Origin: Candidatus Gastranaerophilales bacterium
GTDB taxonomy: Bacteria; Cyanobacteriota; Vampirovibrionia; Gastranaerophilales; Gastranaerophilaceae
NCBI GenBank assembly: GCA_944324395.1
Contig: CALUWC010000005.1
Location: forward strand, 32,366 to 96,365
DNA length: 64,000 nt
Direction of reading: 5' to 3'
Each line of letters opens with the position of its first letter. The first letter of the stretch is position 1. The position numbers and the translations under genes were made by a program. Positions 28,451-37,827 of the stretch are shown in pieces. The notes below the pieces were generated by a model. The model had not been told where the DNA came from. It worked only from the letters and a program-made list of their open reading frames with translations, and made no database searches.

Positions 28451-30202
28451 ATGACAGATAAGAAAACATTATTTATAGACGGCAAAGAAGTTGAATTTTC
28501 CAATGAGCCGAATTTGCTGGAAGTTATCAGAAAAGCCGGCATGAATGTTCCTACTTTTTGCTATCGTCCGGATTTAACATCTTTCGGTGCGTGCAGAATG
28601 TGTGTTGTAGAGGTTGAGGGCAGAGGAATTCAGTCGTCTTGCACTATGCCTCCTGAAAACGGTTTAAAAATTCATTTGAATACTGAAAAAACAAGAAGAA
28701 TAAGAAAAACCGTTTTAGAATTATTGCTTGCAAATCATGATAGAAGCTGTCTGACCTGTGATAAGAGCGGAAATTGTGAATTACAGCAATATGCTGAAGA
28801 ATATGGGATTAAAAGTATAAGATTTCCGGATAAAAAATTTGAAGATTATCTTCCTGTTGATGATAGTTCTCCGTCACTGGTTAGAGATCCGAATAAATGT
28901 ATATTATGCGGAGCCTGTGTAAGAGCTTGTTCTGAATTTCAAGGTCATGCTGTTTTAGGTTTCGCCAATAGAGGTTCAAAAACCGTTGTTCAGCCTATGG
29001 CAGGCAAGCCTTTAGGTCAAGTTGACTGTGTATCTTGCGGTCAGTGTGCTGCAGTTTGTCCGACCGGAGCTTTAACAATAAAAGATGATACAGATAGAGT
29101 ATGGAATGAAATTACAAATCCTGAAAAAACTGTTGTTGTTCAAATGGCACCGGCAACCAGAGTTGCGTTAGGCGAAATGTTTGGTTTGGAACCTGGTGAA
29201 AATACCATTGGTTTAATGAATGCAGCTTTGAGAAAGTTAGGTTTTAATTTTGTTTTTGATACTAATTTCTCTGCTGATTTAACAATTATGGAAGAAGCTA
29301 CTGAATTTTTGGAAAGATTAAAAGAGGGTAAAAATTTACCGTTATTTACATCTTGCTGTCCGGCATGGATAAAATATATGGAAGATCAGCATCCTGATAT
29401 GTTAAATCATTTATCAAGCTGTAAATCTCCGATGAGTATGTTATCTCCTGTTTTGGTTGATTTAGTTCCTAAGCACTTCCATATTGACAGAGAAAATCTG
29501 GTGGTTGTTGCGGTTATGCCTTGTACTGCTAAAAAATATGAGTGCAAACGTCCTGAAATGTATAGAAATGGCAGACCTGATACAGATTATGTAATCACAA
29601 CTCAGGAACTGGGCAAGATGATAAAATCTGCGGGTATTGATTTTAAAGCGTTGTCTCCTGAACCAAATGATTCTCCTTTTGGAGAATATACAGGTGCCGG
29701 AACTATTTTTGGTGCTTCAGGAGGTGTTGCTGAGGCTGCTGTTCGTACTGCGTATGAATTTGCAACGGGAGAACCTTTAAAAGATGTTGATATTAAAGAA
29801 ATGAGAGGTACATCTAACCGTTCTAAATCTATTCATCTTGATTTAAAAGGAACAAAACTTGTTGTGAGAGTTGTTTCTACTCTGAAAGAAGCTGAAAAAG
29901 CAATACAAGAAATCAAAAATGGTACTGCAGATTTTCAGATGCTTGAAGTTATGGCTTGCCCTGGCGGCTGTGTCAATGGCGGCGGGCAGCCAAGAAGTTG
30001 TGATGATTCTCATATCAAGGAAGAAAGGGCAGAAGGTCTTTATAAAGAAGATCTTGAACTTCCGATAAGAAAATCTCATATGAACCCGTCAATTCAAAAA
30101 TTGTATCAGGAATATCTTGAACATCCGGGTTCTCACAAGGCTCATGAACTGTTGCATACAGCTTATACAAATAAGTTTGCCGGTTCTTATAAAGATGTTT
30201 AA
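28451..30202 (+). CDS. hydA: [FeFe] hydrogenase catalytic subunit HydA
   Basis: H-cluster motifs TSCCPAW, MPCTAKKYE and EVMACPGGCVNGGGQP. N-terminal 2Fe-2S and 4Fe-4S cysteine motifs. Confidence 0.93.
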   Translation: MTDKKTLFIDGKEVEFSNEPNLLEVIRKAGMNVPTFCYRPDLTSFGACRMCVVEVEGRGIQSSCTMPPENGLKIHLNTEKTRRIRKTVLELLLANHDRSCLTCDKSGNCELQQYAEEYGIKSIRFPDKKFEDYLPVDDSSPSLVRDPNKCILCGACVRACSEFQGHAVLGFANRGSKTVVQPMAGKPLGQVDCVSCGQCAAVCPTGALTIKDDTDRVWNEITNPEKTVVVQMAPATRVALGEMFGLEPGENTIGLMNAALRKLGFNFVFDTNFSADLTIMEEATEFLERLKEGKNLPLFTSCCPAWIKYMEDQHPDMLNHLSSCKSPMSMLSPVLVDLVPKHFHIDRENLVVVAVMPCTAKKYECKRPEMYRNGRPDTDYVITTQELGKMIKSAGIDFKALSPEPNDSPFGEYTGAGTIFGASGGVAEAAVRTAYEFATGEPLKDVDIKEMRGTSNRSKSIHLDLKGTKLVVRVVSTLKEAEKAIQEIKNGTADFQMLEVMACPGGCVNGGGQPRSCDDSHIKEERAEGLYKEDLELPIRKSHMNPSIQKLYQEYLEHPGSHKAHELLHTAYTNKFAGSYKDV

Positions 30203-30210
30203 ATCTAAAG

Positions 30211-30245
30211 AAAAGCACCTGATTTAATCAGGTGCTTTTCTTTCT
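30211..30245 (+). terminator. Intrinsic terminator of the hydrogenase operon
   Basis: AGCACCTGA/TCAGGTGCT stem followed by a T-run. Confidence 0.8.
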
Positions 30246-30254
30246 TGTATTTTG

Positions 30255-30289
30255 AAAAAAAATCCGGTACTTTAGGTACCGGATTTTTA
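30255..30289 (-). terminator. Intrinsic terminator of skp
   Basis: ATCCGGTAC/GTACCGGAT stem flanked by A- and T-runs. Confidence 0.75.
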
Positions 30290-30302
30290 TATTTAATTTT
30301 GA

Positions 30303-30758
30303 CTATTTTACAACTTTAATAACTTTAGCAGTGATATCTTCTCCGCCGTATAATACAATACCTTTACTCAATACCATTGAATAACCGTCTTGTTTTGCTT
30401 GAGCTGCAATTTGTTGAGAAATAGATGTATCAATAGCTTTTAATTTTTCAGCATATTCTTTGTCCATTTTTTCCTTTTTAGCTTGCAGTTCTTTTGCATA
30501 TTTATCTTCAGCTTCTTTTTTCTTTGTAGAATCTGTAATTGAAGCTACATCTTTTCTTGCTTTTTCGATAAATTTAACGATATCTGCAGTTTTAGCTTGT
30601 TGTTCTTTTTTAAGAGCTTGAACTTGAGCTGATGCATTTACAACTTGCGGAACATCGACTACAGCAACTGTAAAATCTTGTGCTTGAGCTGCTAACCCTA
30701 ATGATAAACCTCCTAATACAGCTGCGGAAGCTGCTAATAATCCTAAATTTTTCTTCAT
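30303..30758 (-). CDS. skp: Periplasmic chaperone Skp (OmpH family)
   Basis: Signal peptide, about 150 aa, Lys/Glu/Ala-rich coiled arms and VAVVD motif. Confidence 0.8.
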   Translation of the reverse strand: MKKNLGLLAASAAVLGGLSLGLAAQAQDFTVAVVDVPQVVNASAQVQALKKEQQAKTADIVKFIEKARKDVASITDSTKKKEAEDKYAKELQAKKEKMDKEYAEKLKAIDTSISQQIAAQAKQDGYSMVLSKGIVLYGGEDITAKVIKVVK

Positions 30759-31040
30759 AATGCTTCTCCTTCTAACAGATTTTATATTATCACAAAATTT
30801 TTATTTTTACATACGCTAATACGTTTGGTTTATTTTTTTTGTAACAACTTTACATGATTTAAATAAATCGTTATAATAATTTTGTAGGTATAGTATATAA
30901 TAATTAAATTTTTGTAAAGTATTCTTAACAAAAGTTTAAAAAAGGTTTTTATTTAGCAATCCTTGTAACACAATATACTTACAAGATATAGTATTATATA
31001 TATAACTAGATATATGTTAACATAGAAGGTGAATAAAATA

Positions 31041-33053
31041 ATGGAAAAGATTAGAAAAAGTAGTTGCATAGGTAAAGCGGCGGCAGTGTCGCTGGTTTGT
31101 GCAGTTATGCTTACGGCTGCCCCGTCGTTTGCGGCTCCCGACGTTGCCCCCAGTGGTCCTGCGGGTGTAAATGGAGGTTTCGGCTTTACACATGGGCAAA
31201 TTCCAGTTATGGAAGCCGGTGCAAATTTGAAGCACGACAGCGATATTATGCGTTATGACAGAAATCAAAAACTTGAAGATCGGGATTTTAGTAAATATCA
31301 GGAAGAGCGTTACGGAACCGGAGGTTCTCCGGTTACAAATTCTGCTCCGCAGACGGTTCCTGATGCTATGAAAGCTACTATTGATGAAATAGGTACTAAA
31401 GGTGTATATATAAATTCTATTGAAGTTTCGCCTTCTGAAATTCTTACAAAAGAAGAAATAAATGGTGTTATCGGACAGTATGTCGGTAAAAACGTATTTA
31501 TGTCTGATATTCAAAATGCAATAAATGCAATTAATAATTTATATGCTGAAAAAGGTTTTGTAACAGCAAGGGCATATCTTCCTGAACAAACCGTATCAAA
31601 CGGCAATATTAGAATTGAACTTATTGAAAGTAAAGTCGGTAATATAACTGTTGAAAATAACAGATATACTACTGATAAATATATTTTAGATCGTATGCCT
31701 CAAAAGACAGGCGATTTGTTTGATATTGTTAATTTAGAACAAGATGTTCTTGATTTTAACAGATATCATGACGGTGTAAATCTTGCAGCTAATTTGAAAG
31801 CCGGTACGCAGCCGGGTACAACAGATATTGAATTAACTGCAAGAGAAACTTTCCCGTTCCATATTATCGGTATGATGGATAATGCAGGAAGAAGAAGTAC
31901 CGGTTCTTTAAGAGGCGGTCCTGCTATTGTTGCTGATAGTTTATTCCACCGAAGAGACCAGATGATGTTAGGTTCTTATTTCTCCGGCGGATCTGTCAGC
32001 CCGTTCTTTGATTACAGTTATCCTATCAATAAAAAAGATGGTAGAATAGGATTTTCATTTTCTTCATCTTTTTCAAAGGTTAAATATGGTCCCGGATATC
32101 TTACAAGTTTAGGTTTGAAAAGTAATTCATATTTATACAGTTTGTACTATGATCAACCATGGATAAGAAAAAGAGGTTTTGAATTAAGGACTATTGCATC
32201 AGTAAATTACAAGCGTTCAAGAACTTGGTCAAGCTACGATAATATGTTTGAACAAATGGGCTTTAATTCTCCTTTTGCTAATACAGATCAGGTTACAAGC
32301 CTTGATGTTGGTTTAAATATCAGAAAAGATACTAAGTATGGTATCTGGTATTTGTATCAGGGTGCGGCTATGGCATTGCCTGTCCTGGATGATCAGTCCA
32401 GCTATTTCAAATATTCAGGTAGTATTTTAAGATTACATGATTTCTCTCATGGTGTTATTGGTCAGTTGAGAGGCAGCTATCAGGTAATTCCTAATAGTAA
32501 ATATATTCCGTACATTGACCAGTTCCAGACAGGTGGTTTGTACACAGTAAGAGGTTACTCTGAAGGTATTTTAATGGGTAAAAGCGGTTACTTCTTCAGT
32601 GGTGAATTGATGTTCCCGTTGTTGCCTAGAACAATAACCAATAAAGACGGTGTAACAAAGAACTTCATCGGTCAATACATTAAGGGTGCCGTATTTGCTG
32701 ATACTGCCGGAGTATTTCCATGGGTTGGACAAGATTATTATGGCGGAAGTTATTTCTTAGCTTCAGTTGGTATGGGGTTAAGGGTTCAATTGCCGGGTGA
32801 CTTGAGTGCAAGATTATATTGGGGCTATCCGTTGATTAACAACGCTTATGAAACCAATAGAAAAATAGGTAGATTCCACTTTGAACTTACTTTGGAACCT
32901 GATTTTGATGCACTGTTGAGTAAACGTTCTACAAAGGCTCAGCCTGCACCTCCGAAACCTCAGCCTGCACCTGAACCGATTCAGCCAATTAACAACAATT
33001 ATGATGATATAAGACATTATGATTACTTGTTAGATGGCGGTGCTACATTATAA
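31041..33053 (+). CDS. ShlB/FhaC/HecB-type outer-membrane transporter (TpsB-like, POTRA + beta-barrel)
   Basis: Signal peptide. POTRA-like GNIRIELIESKVGNITVENN. Barrel with RGY motif and terminal aromatic strands. GAAGGTG SD before ATG 31041. Confidence 0.75.
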   Translation: MEKIRKSSCIGKAAAVSLVCAVMLTAAPSFAAPDVAPSGPAGVNGGFGFTHGQIPVMEAGANLKHDSDIMRYDRNQKLEDRDFSKYQEERYGTGGSPVTNSAPQTVPDAMKATIDEIGTKGVYINSIEVSPSEILTKEEINGVIGQYVGKNVFMSDIQNAINAINNLYAEKGFVTARAYLPEQTVSNGNIRIELIESKVGNITVENNRYTTDKYILDRMPQKTGDLFDIVNLEQDVLDFNRYHDGVNLAANLKAGTQPGTTDIELTARETFPFHIIGMMDNAGRRSTGSLRGGPAIVADSLFHRRDQMMLGSYFSGGSVSPFFDYSYPINKKDGRIGFSFSSSFSKVKYGPGYLTSLGLKSNSYLYSLYYDQPWIRKRGFELRTIASVNYKRSRTWSSYDNMFEQMGFNSPFANTDQVTSLDVGLNIRKDTKYGIWYLYQGAAMALPVLDDQSSYFKYSGSILRLHDFSHGVIGQLRGSYQVIPNSKYIPYIDQFQTGGLYTVRGYSEGILMGKSGYFFSGELMFPLLPRTITNKDGVTKNFIGQYIKGAVFADTAGVFPWVGQDYYGGSYFLASVGMGLRVQLPGDLSARLYWGYPLINNAYETNRKIGRFHFELTLEPDFDALLSKRSTKAQPAPPKPQPAPEPIQPINNNYDDIRHYDYLLDGGATL

Positions 33054-33082
33054 TTTGATTGAATATTTTGATGTTATATAAT

Positions 33083-33116
33083 ATAAGCGGTGACATATTG
33101 TTACCGCTTATGTTTT
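33083..33116 (+). terminator. Terminator after the TpsB-like gene
   Basis: ATAAGCGGT.A/T.ACCGCTTAT hairpin plus a T-rich tail. It lies inside the track ORF 33090, which supports the later bioD start. Confidence 0.6.
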
Positions 33117-33131
33117 GAGGAGAATTGCAAT

Positions 33132-33818
33132 ATGGTATGTAAGTCAGTTTTTGTTACCGCAACCGGTACCGATGTAGGTAAAACTTATGTTTCTGCTCTT
33201 ATTGTCAAAAAGATGAGGGAAATGAAATTGGATTGCGGCTATTATAAACCTGTATTAAGCGGGGCAATTCGTCAAAATGACAGTACTTTTCTCCCCGGAG
33301 ATTGCGATTTTGTCGTGAAAACTTCGGGATTAAATGTAAACCCTGAAGCTTGTGTTACATATTGTTTTGAAGAAGCTGTTTCTCCTCATCTGGCTGCTAT
33401 GAGAGCAGGGATAAAGATAGATAAAGATGTTATAAAAAATGAATTTTTAAAGAGAACTGCAAAGTATGATTATCTTGTTGTCGAAGGAGCAGGAGGGATT
33501 ACTTGTCCGTTTGATTTAGAAAATGATGTTTTATTATTGTCTGATATTATACAATATTTGCATCAAGATGTTCTTCTTGTTGCTGATGGCGGCTTAGGAA
33601 CTATAAATTCGGTGCTGCTTACGGTTGATTATGCAAAAAACTGTGGAATAAATATTTGCGGTATTATTTTGAATAATTATGATAAGAATGATTTTATGCA
33701 TCTTGATAACAAACGGCAGATAGAGAGGTTAACCGGCATCAGAGTTTTGGCAGAGGTTGCAAAAGGTGATAAAACCCTTGATGTTCAAAAAGATGAATTA
33801 TTAAAGATTTTTAGTTAA
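33132..33818 (+). CDS. bioD: Dethiobiotin synthase BioD
   Basis: FVTATGTDVGKTYVS P-loop. GAGGAG SD before ATG 33132. Confidence 0.9.
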   Translation: MVCKSVFVTATGTDVGKTYVSALIVKKMREMKLDCGYYKPVLSGAIRQNDSTFLPGDCDFVVKTSGLNVNPEACVTYCFEEAVSPHLAAMRAGIKIDKDVIKNEFLKRTAKYDYLVVEGAGGITCPFDLENDVLLLSDIIQYLHQDVLLVADGGLGTINSVLLTVDYAKNCGINICGIILNNYDKNDFMHLDNKRQIERLTGIRVLAEVAKGDKTLDVQKDELLKIFS

Positions 33819-33836
33819 TTGAAAGAAGGTAAATTT

Positions 33837-35180
33837 ATGAACTGGCAGGAAGAAGATTTAAAATATATTTGGCACCCTTGTTCTCAAATGAAGGATTATG
33901 AGACGCTTTCGCCGATTGTTATTGACCGTGCAAGCGGCATTAACCTTTACGATATTAACGGCAAATGTTATAAAGATGTTGTTAGTTCATGGTGGTGTAA
34001 TCTTTTAGGACACTGCAATCCGAGAATAAACGCTGCGATAAAAAAGCAGCTGGATACATTAGAGCATGTTATCTTTGCTAATTTTACCCACAAAACGGCA
34101 ATTACTTTATGTCAAAAACTTATGAAAGTGGTACCAAAAGGCTTATGCAAATTTAACTTTGCCGATAACGGTTCAGCCGCTATCGAAATGGCTATGAAAA
34201 TGAGTTTTCAATATCATCAGCAGACAGGTCATACTGAAAAGAAAAGATTTATGGCTTTAACTGATGCCTATCATGGTGAAACTATCGGGGCTTTGTCTGT
34301 CGGAGCATGTGATTTATATTCTGAAATTTACAAACCTATATTGATGGACGTAGTACGGGTTCAGGGACCGGACTGTTTCAGATGTCCTTATGGCAAAAAT
34401 CGTGATAATTGTAATTGTGAATGTTTTGAGCAGGCACAAAAAACTTTTGAAAAATACGGAAAAGAAACCTGTGCAATGATTGTTGAACCTTTATTGCAAG
34501 GGTCTGCAGGTATGAAAGTTTATCCGCCTTTATATTTAACAAAATTAAGAGCCTTGTGCGACTGTTATAATGTTCACTTAATAGCTGATGAAATTGCAAC
34601 CGGTTACGGCAGGACAGGCAAAATGTTTGCTTTTGATCATGCCGGTGTATCTCCGGATATTATGTGTCTTTCTAAAGGTTTGACAGGCGGCTATATGCCA
34701 ATGTCTATATGTGTTACAACTCAAGATATTTATGATGCTTTTTATGATGATTACAACAAGGGTAAGGCCTTTATGCATTCTCATACTTATGCCGGCAATC
34801 CTCTGGCTTGTTCTGCTGCAATTGAGGTTTTGAATATTCTTGAAGACGAACAAATTATTCCAAAAGCTGTTAAAAATGCTCAATATTTTAATAAAATTAT
34901 AAATGATAAGTTTAATAAACTTCCGTATGTTGGTGAAATTCGCCATATAGGGCTTATCAATGCTATAGAAATTGTTAAGGATAAGAAAACCAAAGAGGCT
35001 TATCCATCTAATTTGAGGCTCGGGTATCAAATTTATAAACAGGCTTTAAATAAAGGAGTTTTGTTAAGACCTCTGGGGGATGTTATATATTTTAATCCGC
35101 CGCTTATTATTCAGCCTGAGGATATGGATTTTGTTACGGATGTTGCAAAAGAATGTATGCAAAATATTATGTCATCTTAA
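33837..35180 (+). CDS. bioA: Adenosylmethionine-8-amino-7-oxononanoate aminotransferase BioA
   Basis: LIADEIATGYGRTGKMFA and the PLP-lysine motif CLSKGLTGGY. Confidence 0.9.
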   Translation: MNWQEEDLKYIWHPCSQMKDYETLSPIVIDRASGINLYDINGKCYKDVVSSWWCNLLGHCNPRINAAIKKQLDTLEHVIFANFTHKTAITLCQKLMKVVPKGLCKFNFADNGSAAIEMAMKMSFQYHQQTGHTEKKRFMALTDAYHGETIGALSVGACDLYSEIYKPILMDVVRVQGPDCFRCPYGKNRDNCNCECFEQAQKTFEKYGKETCAMIVEPLLQGSAGMKVYPPLYLTKLRALCDCYNVHLIADEIATGYGRTGKMFAFDHAGVSPDIMCLSKGLTGGYMPMSICVTTQDIYDAFYDDYNKGKAFMHSHTYAGNPLACSAAIEVLNILEDEQIIPKAVKNAQYFNKIINDKFNKLPYVGEIRHIGLINAIEIVKDKKTKEAYPSNLRLGYQIYKQALNKGVLLRPLGDVIYFNPPLIIQPEDMDFVTDVAKECMQNIMSS

Positions 35181-35192
35181 TTTTTAATTCAT

Positions 35193-36086
35193 TTACCCCT
35201 TTATCGGTTTGCCGAAAATCAGTCTTGCTCCTCCGAATTTTTGCTGAAGTGTCTTTTTGAGTCCTACTATAATTTCATTTACATTGCAGACAACAAGTTG
35301 TACGGCATCAATAAGTGTGCTGAGTTTTGGTATTAGTACCGAGAAATCCGAACTTGTTTTGTTGAAATTTCCTGTTATTGATATGAATTCTTTTGATGAA
35401 TTTGCAAAGTTTGATGTAATTAGTTCAAGATTTGCTGTACTGTTTTTGATATTTTGTTTTGTTATCCCGTCATTGATTTTTTCAGACATATCTTTAAGGT
35501 TTTTTGTTGTTGTTTGTAAATTCCCCATACTGTCTTTTAATCTGGTAGATGATGCAAGGATGTTTGCTCTGTTTTCTGTTAGTATATCTGTTATTAAATC
35601 AAACATTTCGGTTAATGAATCTGTAGTTCTTGTTGCTGAACTCAATAGCGTTTCCCCTTTTTCTGACAGGTTATCAAGGTGCATCTGGTTTGTGGCAGAT
35701 ATTCCGTTAAAACTCAGAGTGGATTTACCTTTTATGATATCTCCTGTCTTAATATATCTGAGCATTGGAGTTCTCGGGTATATTATATCAACATATTTTG
35801 TATCCTCATCATAATTTTTTATCTCAACACTTATGTTTCGAGGAAGGTGCAATCCACTCTGGTTCAGTCTTATGTATAAAAATGTAGTTTTAAAATCTTT
35901 AGATATTTTAAGATGGGTGCTCGTCCCGATTTTGTAACCTTTGTAATAGACTCCCATTCTTGGCGGCATCGGATCCATTTGTTTAAATTCGGCTTTGATA
36001 TATGTATGATTGAAGTATGTTATAAACATTGCTGCTATAATCAGCAATAGTAGAAGAGATAATATTATTTTCCCTGCTGTGCTCAT
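35193..36086 (-). CDS. MlaD/MCE-domain protein
   Basis: N-terminal TM segment, MCE-like GVYYKGYKIGTSTHLKIS, repetitive helical tail. Confidence 0.65.
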   Translation of the reverse strand: MSTAGKIILSLLLLLIIAAMFITYFNHTYIKAEFKQMDPMPPRMGVYYKGYKIGTSTHLKISKDFKTTFLYIRLNQSGLHLPRNISVEIKNYDEDTKYVDIIYPRTPMLRYIKTGDIIKGKSTLSFNGISATNQMHLDNLSEKGETLLSSATRTTDSLTEMFDLITDILTENRANILASSTRLKDSMGNLQTTTKNLKDMSEKINDGITKQNIKNSTANLELITSNFANSSKEFISITGNFNKTSSDFSVLIPKLSTLIDAVQLVVCNVNEIIVGLKKTLQQKFGGARLIFGKPIKG

Positions 36087-36134
36087 ATAAAAATTATTGA
36101 AATTTTCAGGAAATAAATAAATTCTTCAATCGGT

Positions 36135-37277
36135 TTAGCCTAATATGTTTTCAAATGTTTTGTGTAATTTTACATTGTGTACTCTTATATAATCTATATT
36201 TTGATTTATTAAAATACTGTTTAGAGCAAGTGTATAAATGTCTTTTTCATTGTTCTCAGCATCAGGCATTCCTAGCATACTTTTTCTTGAAAGCCCGATT
36301 AAGACGGGACATCCTATTGTTTTAAATTCTTTCCATCGTCTGATTATTTCAAGATTATTTTCTTTAGTTTTGCCAAAACCGATACCCGGGTCTATTATTA
36401 TATTTTCTTTTTTTATACCGGCTGAAATAGCAAGATCAACTTTGAATTTTAAATTTGTATAAATTTCATCTATAAGGTTTTCGTAATATGGTGAATCCTG
36501 CATATTTTCAGGGGTTCCTTTGGAATGTTGTAAAATGATTTTTATATGCGGATTTTGGGCGATTATGTCAGGCATTTTTTCATCATAATCAAATCCTGAA
36601 ACATCATTTATTATATTGGCACCGAGTTCTATACATTTTTGAGCAGTTTTTGCACTTCTTGTATCAATACTTATTGGAATATTTATATTATTTCCTTTTA
36701 TATATTTCAGTACTGGTATAAGTTTTTCAAGCTGTTTTTCTGCCGGAATTGCATTTGAATACGGTTTTGTAGATTCTGCTCCTATATCAATAATGTCGGC
36801 ACCATCTTGAATAAGCTGGTGTAAATGTTTTATGGATTCTTCAAATTCAAAATATTTACCGCCGTCAGAAAAGGAATTTGTTGTAATATTCAAAATTCCC
36901 ATAATCTGAGTCTTTGAAGTTTTAGACATTTTCGATTTTTCATCCAGTAATTCAGCAAGTCTTTTTAAACCGAAGGGCTGATGCTGAAGTTTGGCTGAAA
37001 TTTTTTGAATTTGAGAAATACTTCCGCCTAAAATACAATCTGTAGTTTCAATTTTACCTGTTATTGTTTCTCTGTGGGTTGCACAATCGGCCCCCACAGA
37101 CAATGCAGTTTGTTTTAAAATGTTTGCCTGCGGCAGGGTCAGACTAAAAATTTTAAATGTTTTATATTCAAATTTTGCGGAGGCTTTTTGAATATATGTT
37201 TTATCAAAGCCAATATTTTCAAGTTCTTTTTCTATATTTGTATTATTAGATAATTCTTTTATTAAAAAATCGTGCAT
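36135..37277 (-). CDS. folP: Dihydropteroate synthase with ~110-aa N-terminal extension
   Basis: GILNITTNSFSDGG and the pterin-binding barrel motifs begin near aa 125. Confidence 0.88.
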   Translation of the reverse strand: MHDFLIKELSNNTNIEKELENIGFDKTYIQKASAKFEYKTFKIFSLTLPQANILKQTALSVGADCATHRETITGKIETTDCILGGSISQIQKISAKLQHQPFGLKRLAELLDEKSKMSKTSKTQIMGILNITTNSFSDGGKYFEFEESIKHLHQLIQDGADIIDIGAESTKPYSNAIPAEKQLEKLIPVLKYIKGNNINIPISIDTRSAKTAQKCIELGANIINDVSGFDYDEKMPDIIAQNPHIKIILQHSKGTPENMQDSPYYENLIDEIYTNLKFKVDLAISAGIKKENIIIDPGIGFGKTKENNLEIIRRWKEFKTIGCPVLIGLSRKSMLGMPDAENNEKDIYTLALNSILINQNIDYIRVHNVKLHKTFENILG

Positions 37278-37325
37278 AAACTTAGTTTAGCACGATTTTA
37301 ATTATTTTCAATTTGTTATTTGAAT

Positions 37326-37826
37326 TTAAGAATTAATATCTATATATTCCTGTTTGAATTTGTCAATGGCCTCCGTTCCGGTTCTGAAAGCTTTGCTTAC
37401 TCCTGTTACAAGAACAAAGAATGCCAGAAATCCTCCGCCGATATTTGCGAATGCTTTAGTTACCGGACTTTTTACTATCGGTCCGATTATTTTAGCATTT
37501 TTTAATTTGCTTAATCGCATTATAATATCATCGGCATATTTTCTTACGCTGTTTTTAAATGCAGGGAAAAATCCTTTTGATTCTTGAATTGTTTGGAAAT
37601 TGCGATATGTATTTTTAATATTTACCATACCTTCTTGAAGCATTTTTTCTTTTGCTTCAAGAGTTGCTGCACGTTTACTGACAGCTTTTGCTGCTGTTCC
37701 GGTTACACCTGCGGCACCGCCGGCACCAACTGCAACTTTTTCTTGAGTTTCTTTTCTTTGATTTTCAGAAGCTGTGGTGCGGGCTGATTTTATAGGCGGG
37801 TGATTTATTGCATTAATTCCGGACAT
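37326..37826 (-). CDS. Hypothetical protein (166 aa from ATG 37826; the track start 37862 overlaps the upstream gene)
   Basis: ORF. TAAtATG junction with the upstream gene. Gly/Ala-rich segment GAGGAAGVTGTAAKA and one hydrophobic helix. Confidence 0.6.
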   Translation of the reverse strand: MSGINAINHPPIKSARTTASENQRKETQEKVAVGAGGAAGVTGTAAKAVSKRAATLEAKEKMLQEGMVNIKNTYRNFQTIQESKGFFPAFKNSVRKYADDIIMRLSKLKNAKIIGPIVKSPVTKAFANIGGGFLAFFVLVTGVSKAFRTGTEAIDKFKQEYIDINS

Positions 37827-37827
37827 A

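Noticed and set aside
31017-31514. 165-aa minus-strand ORF.
   Set aside because: Entirely antisense to the TpsB-like gene. Arg/Cys/Phe/Asn-rich nonsense composition.
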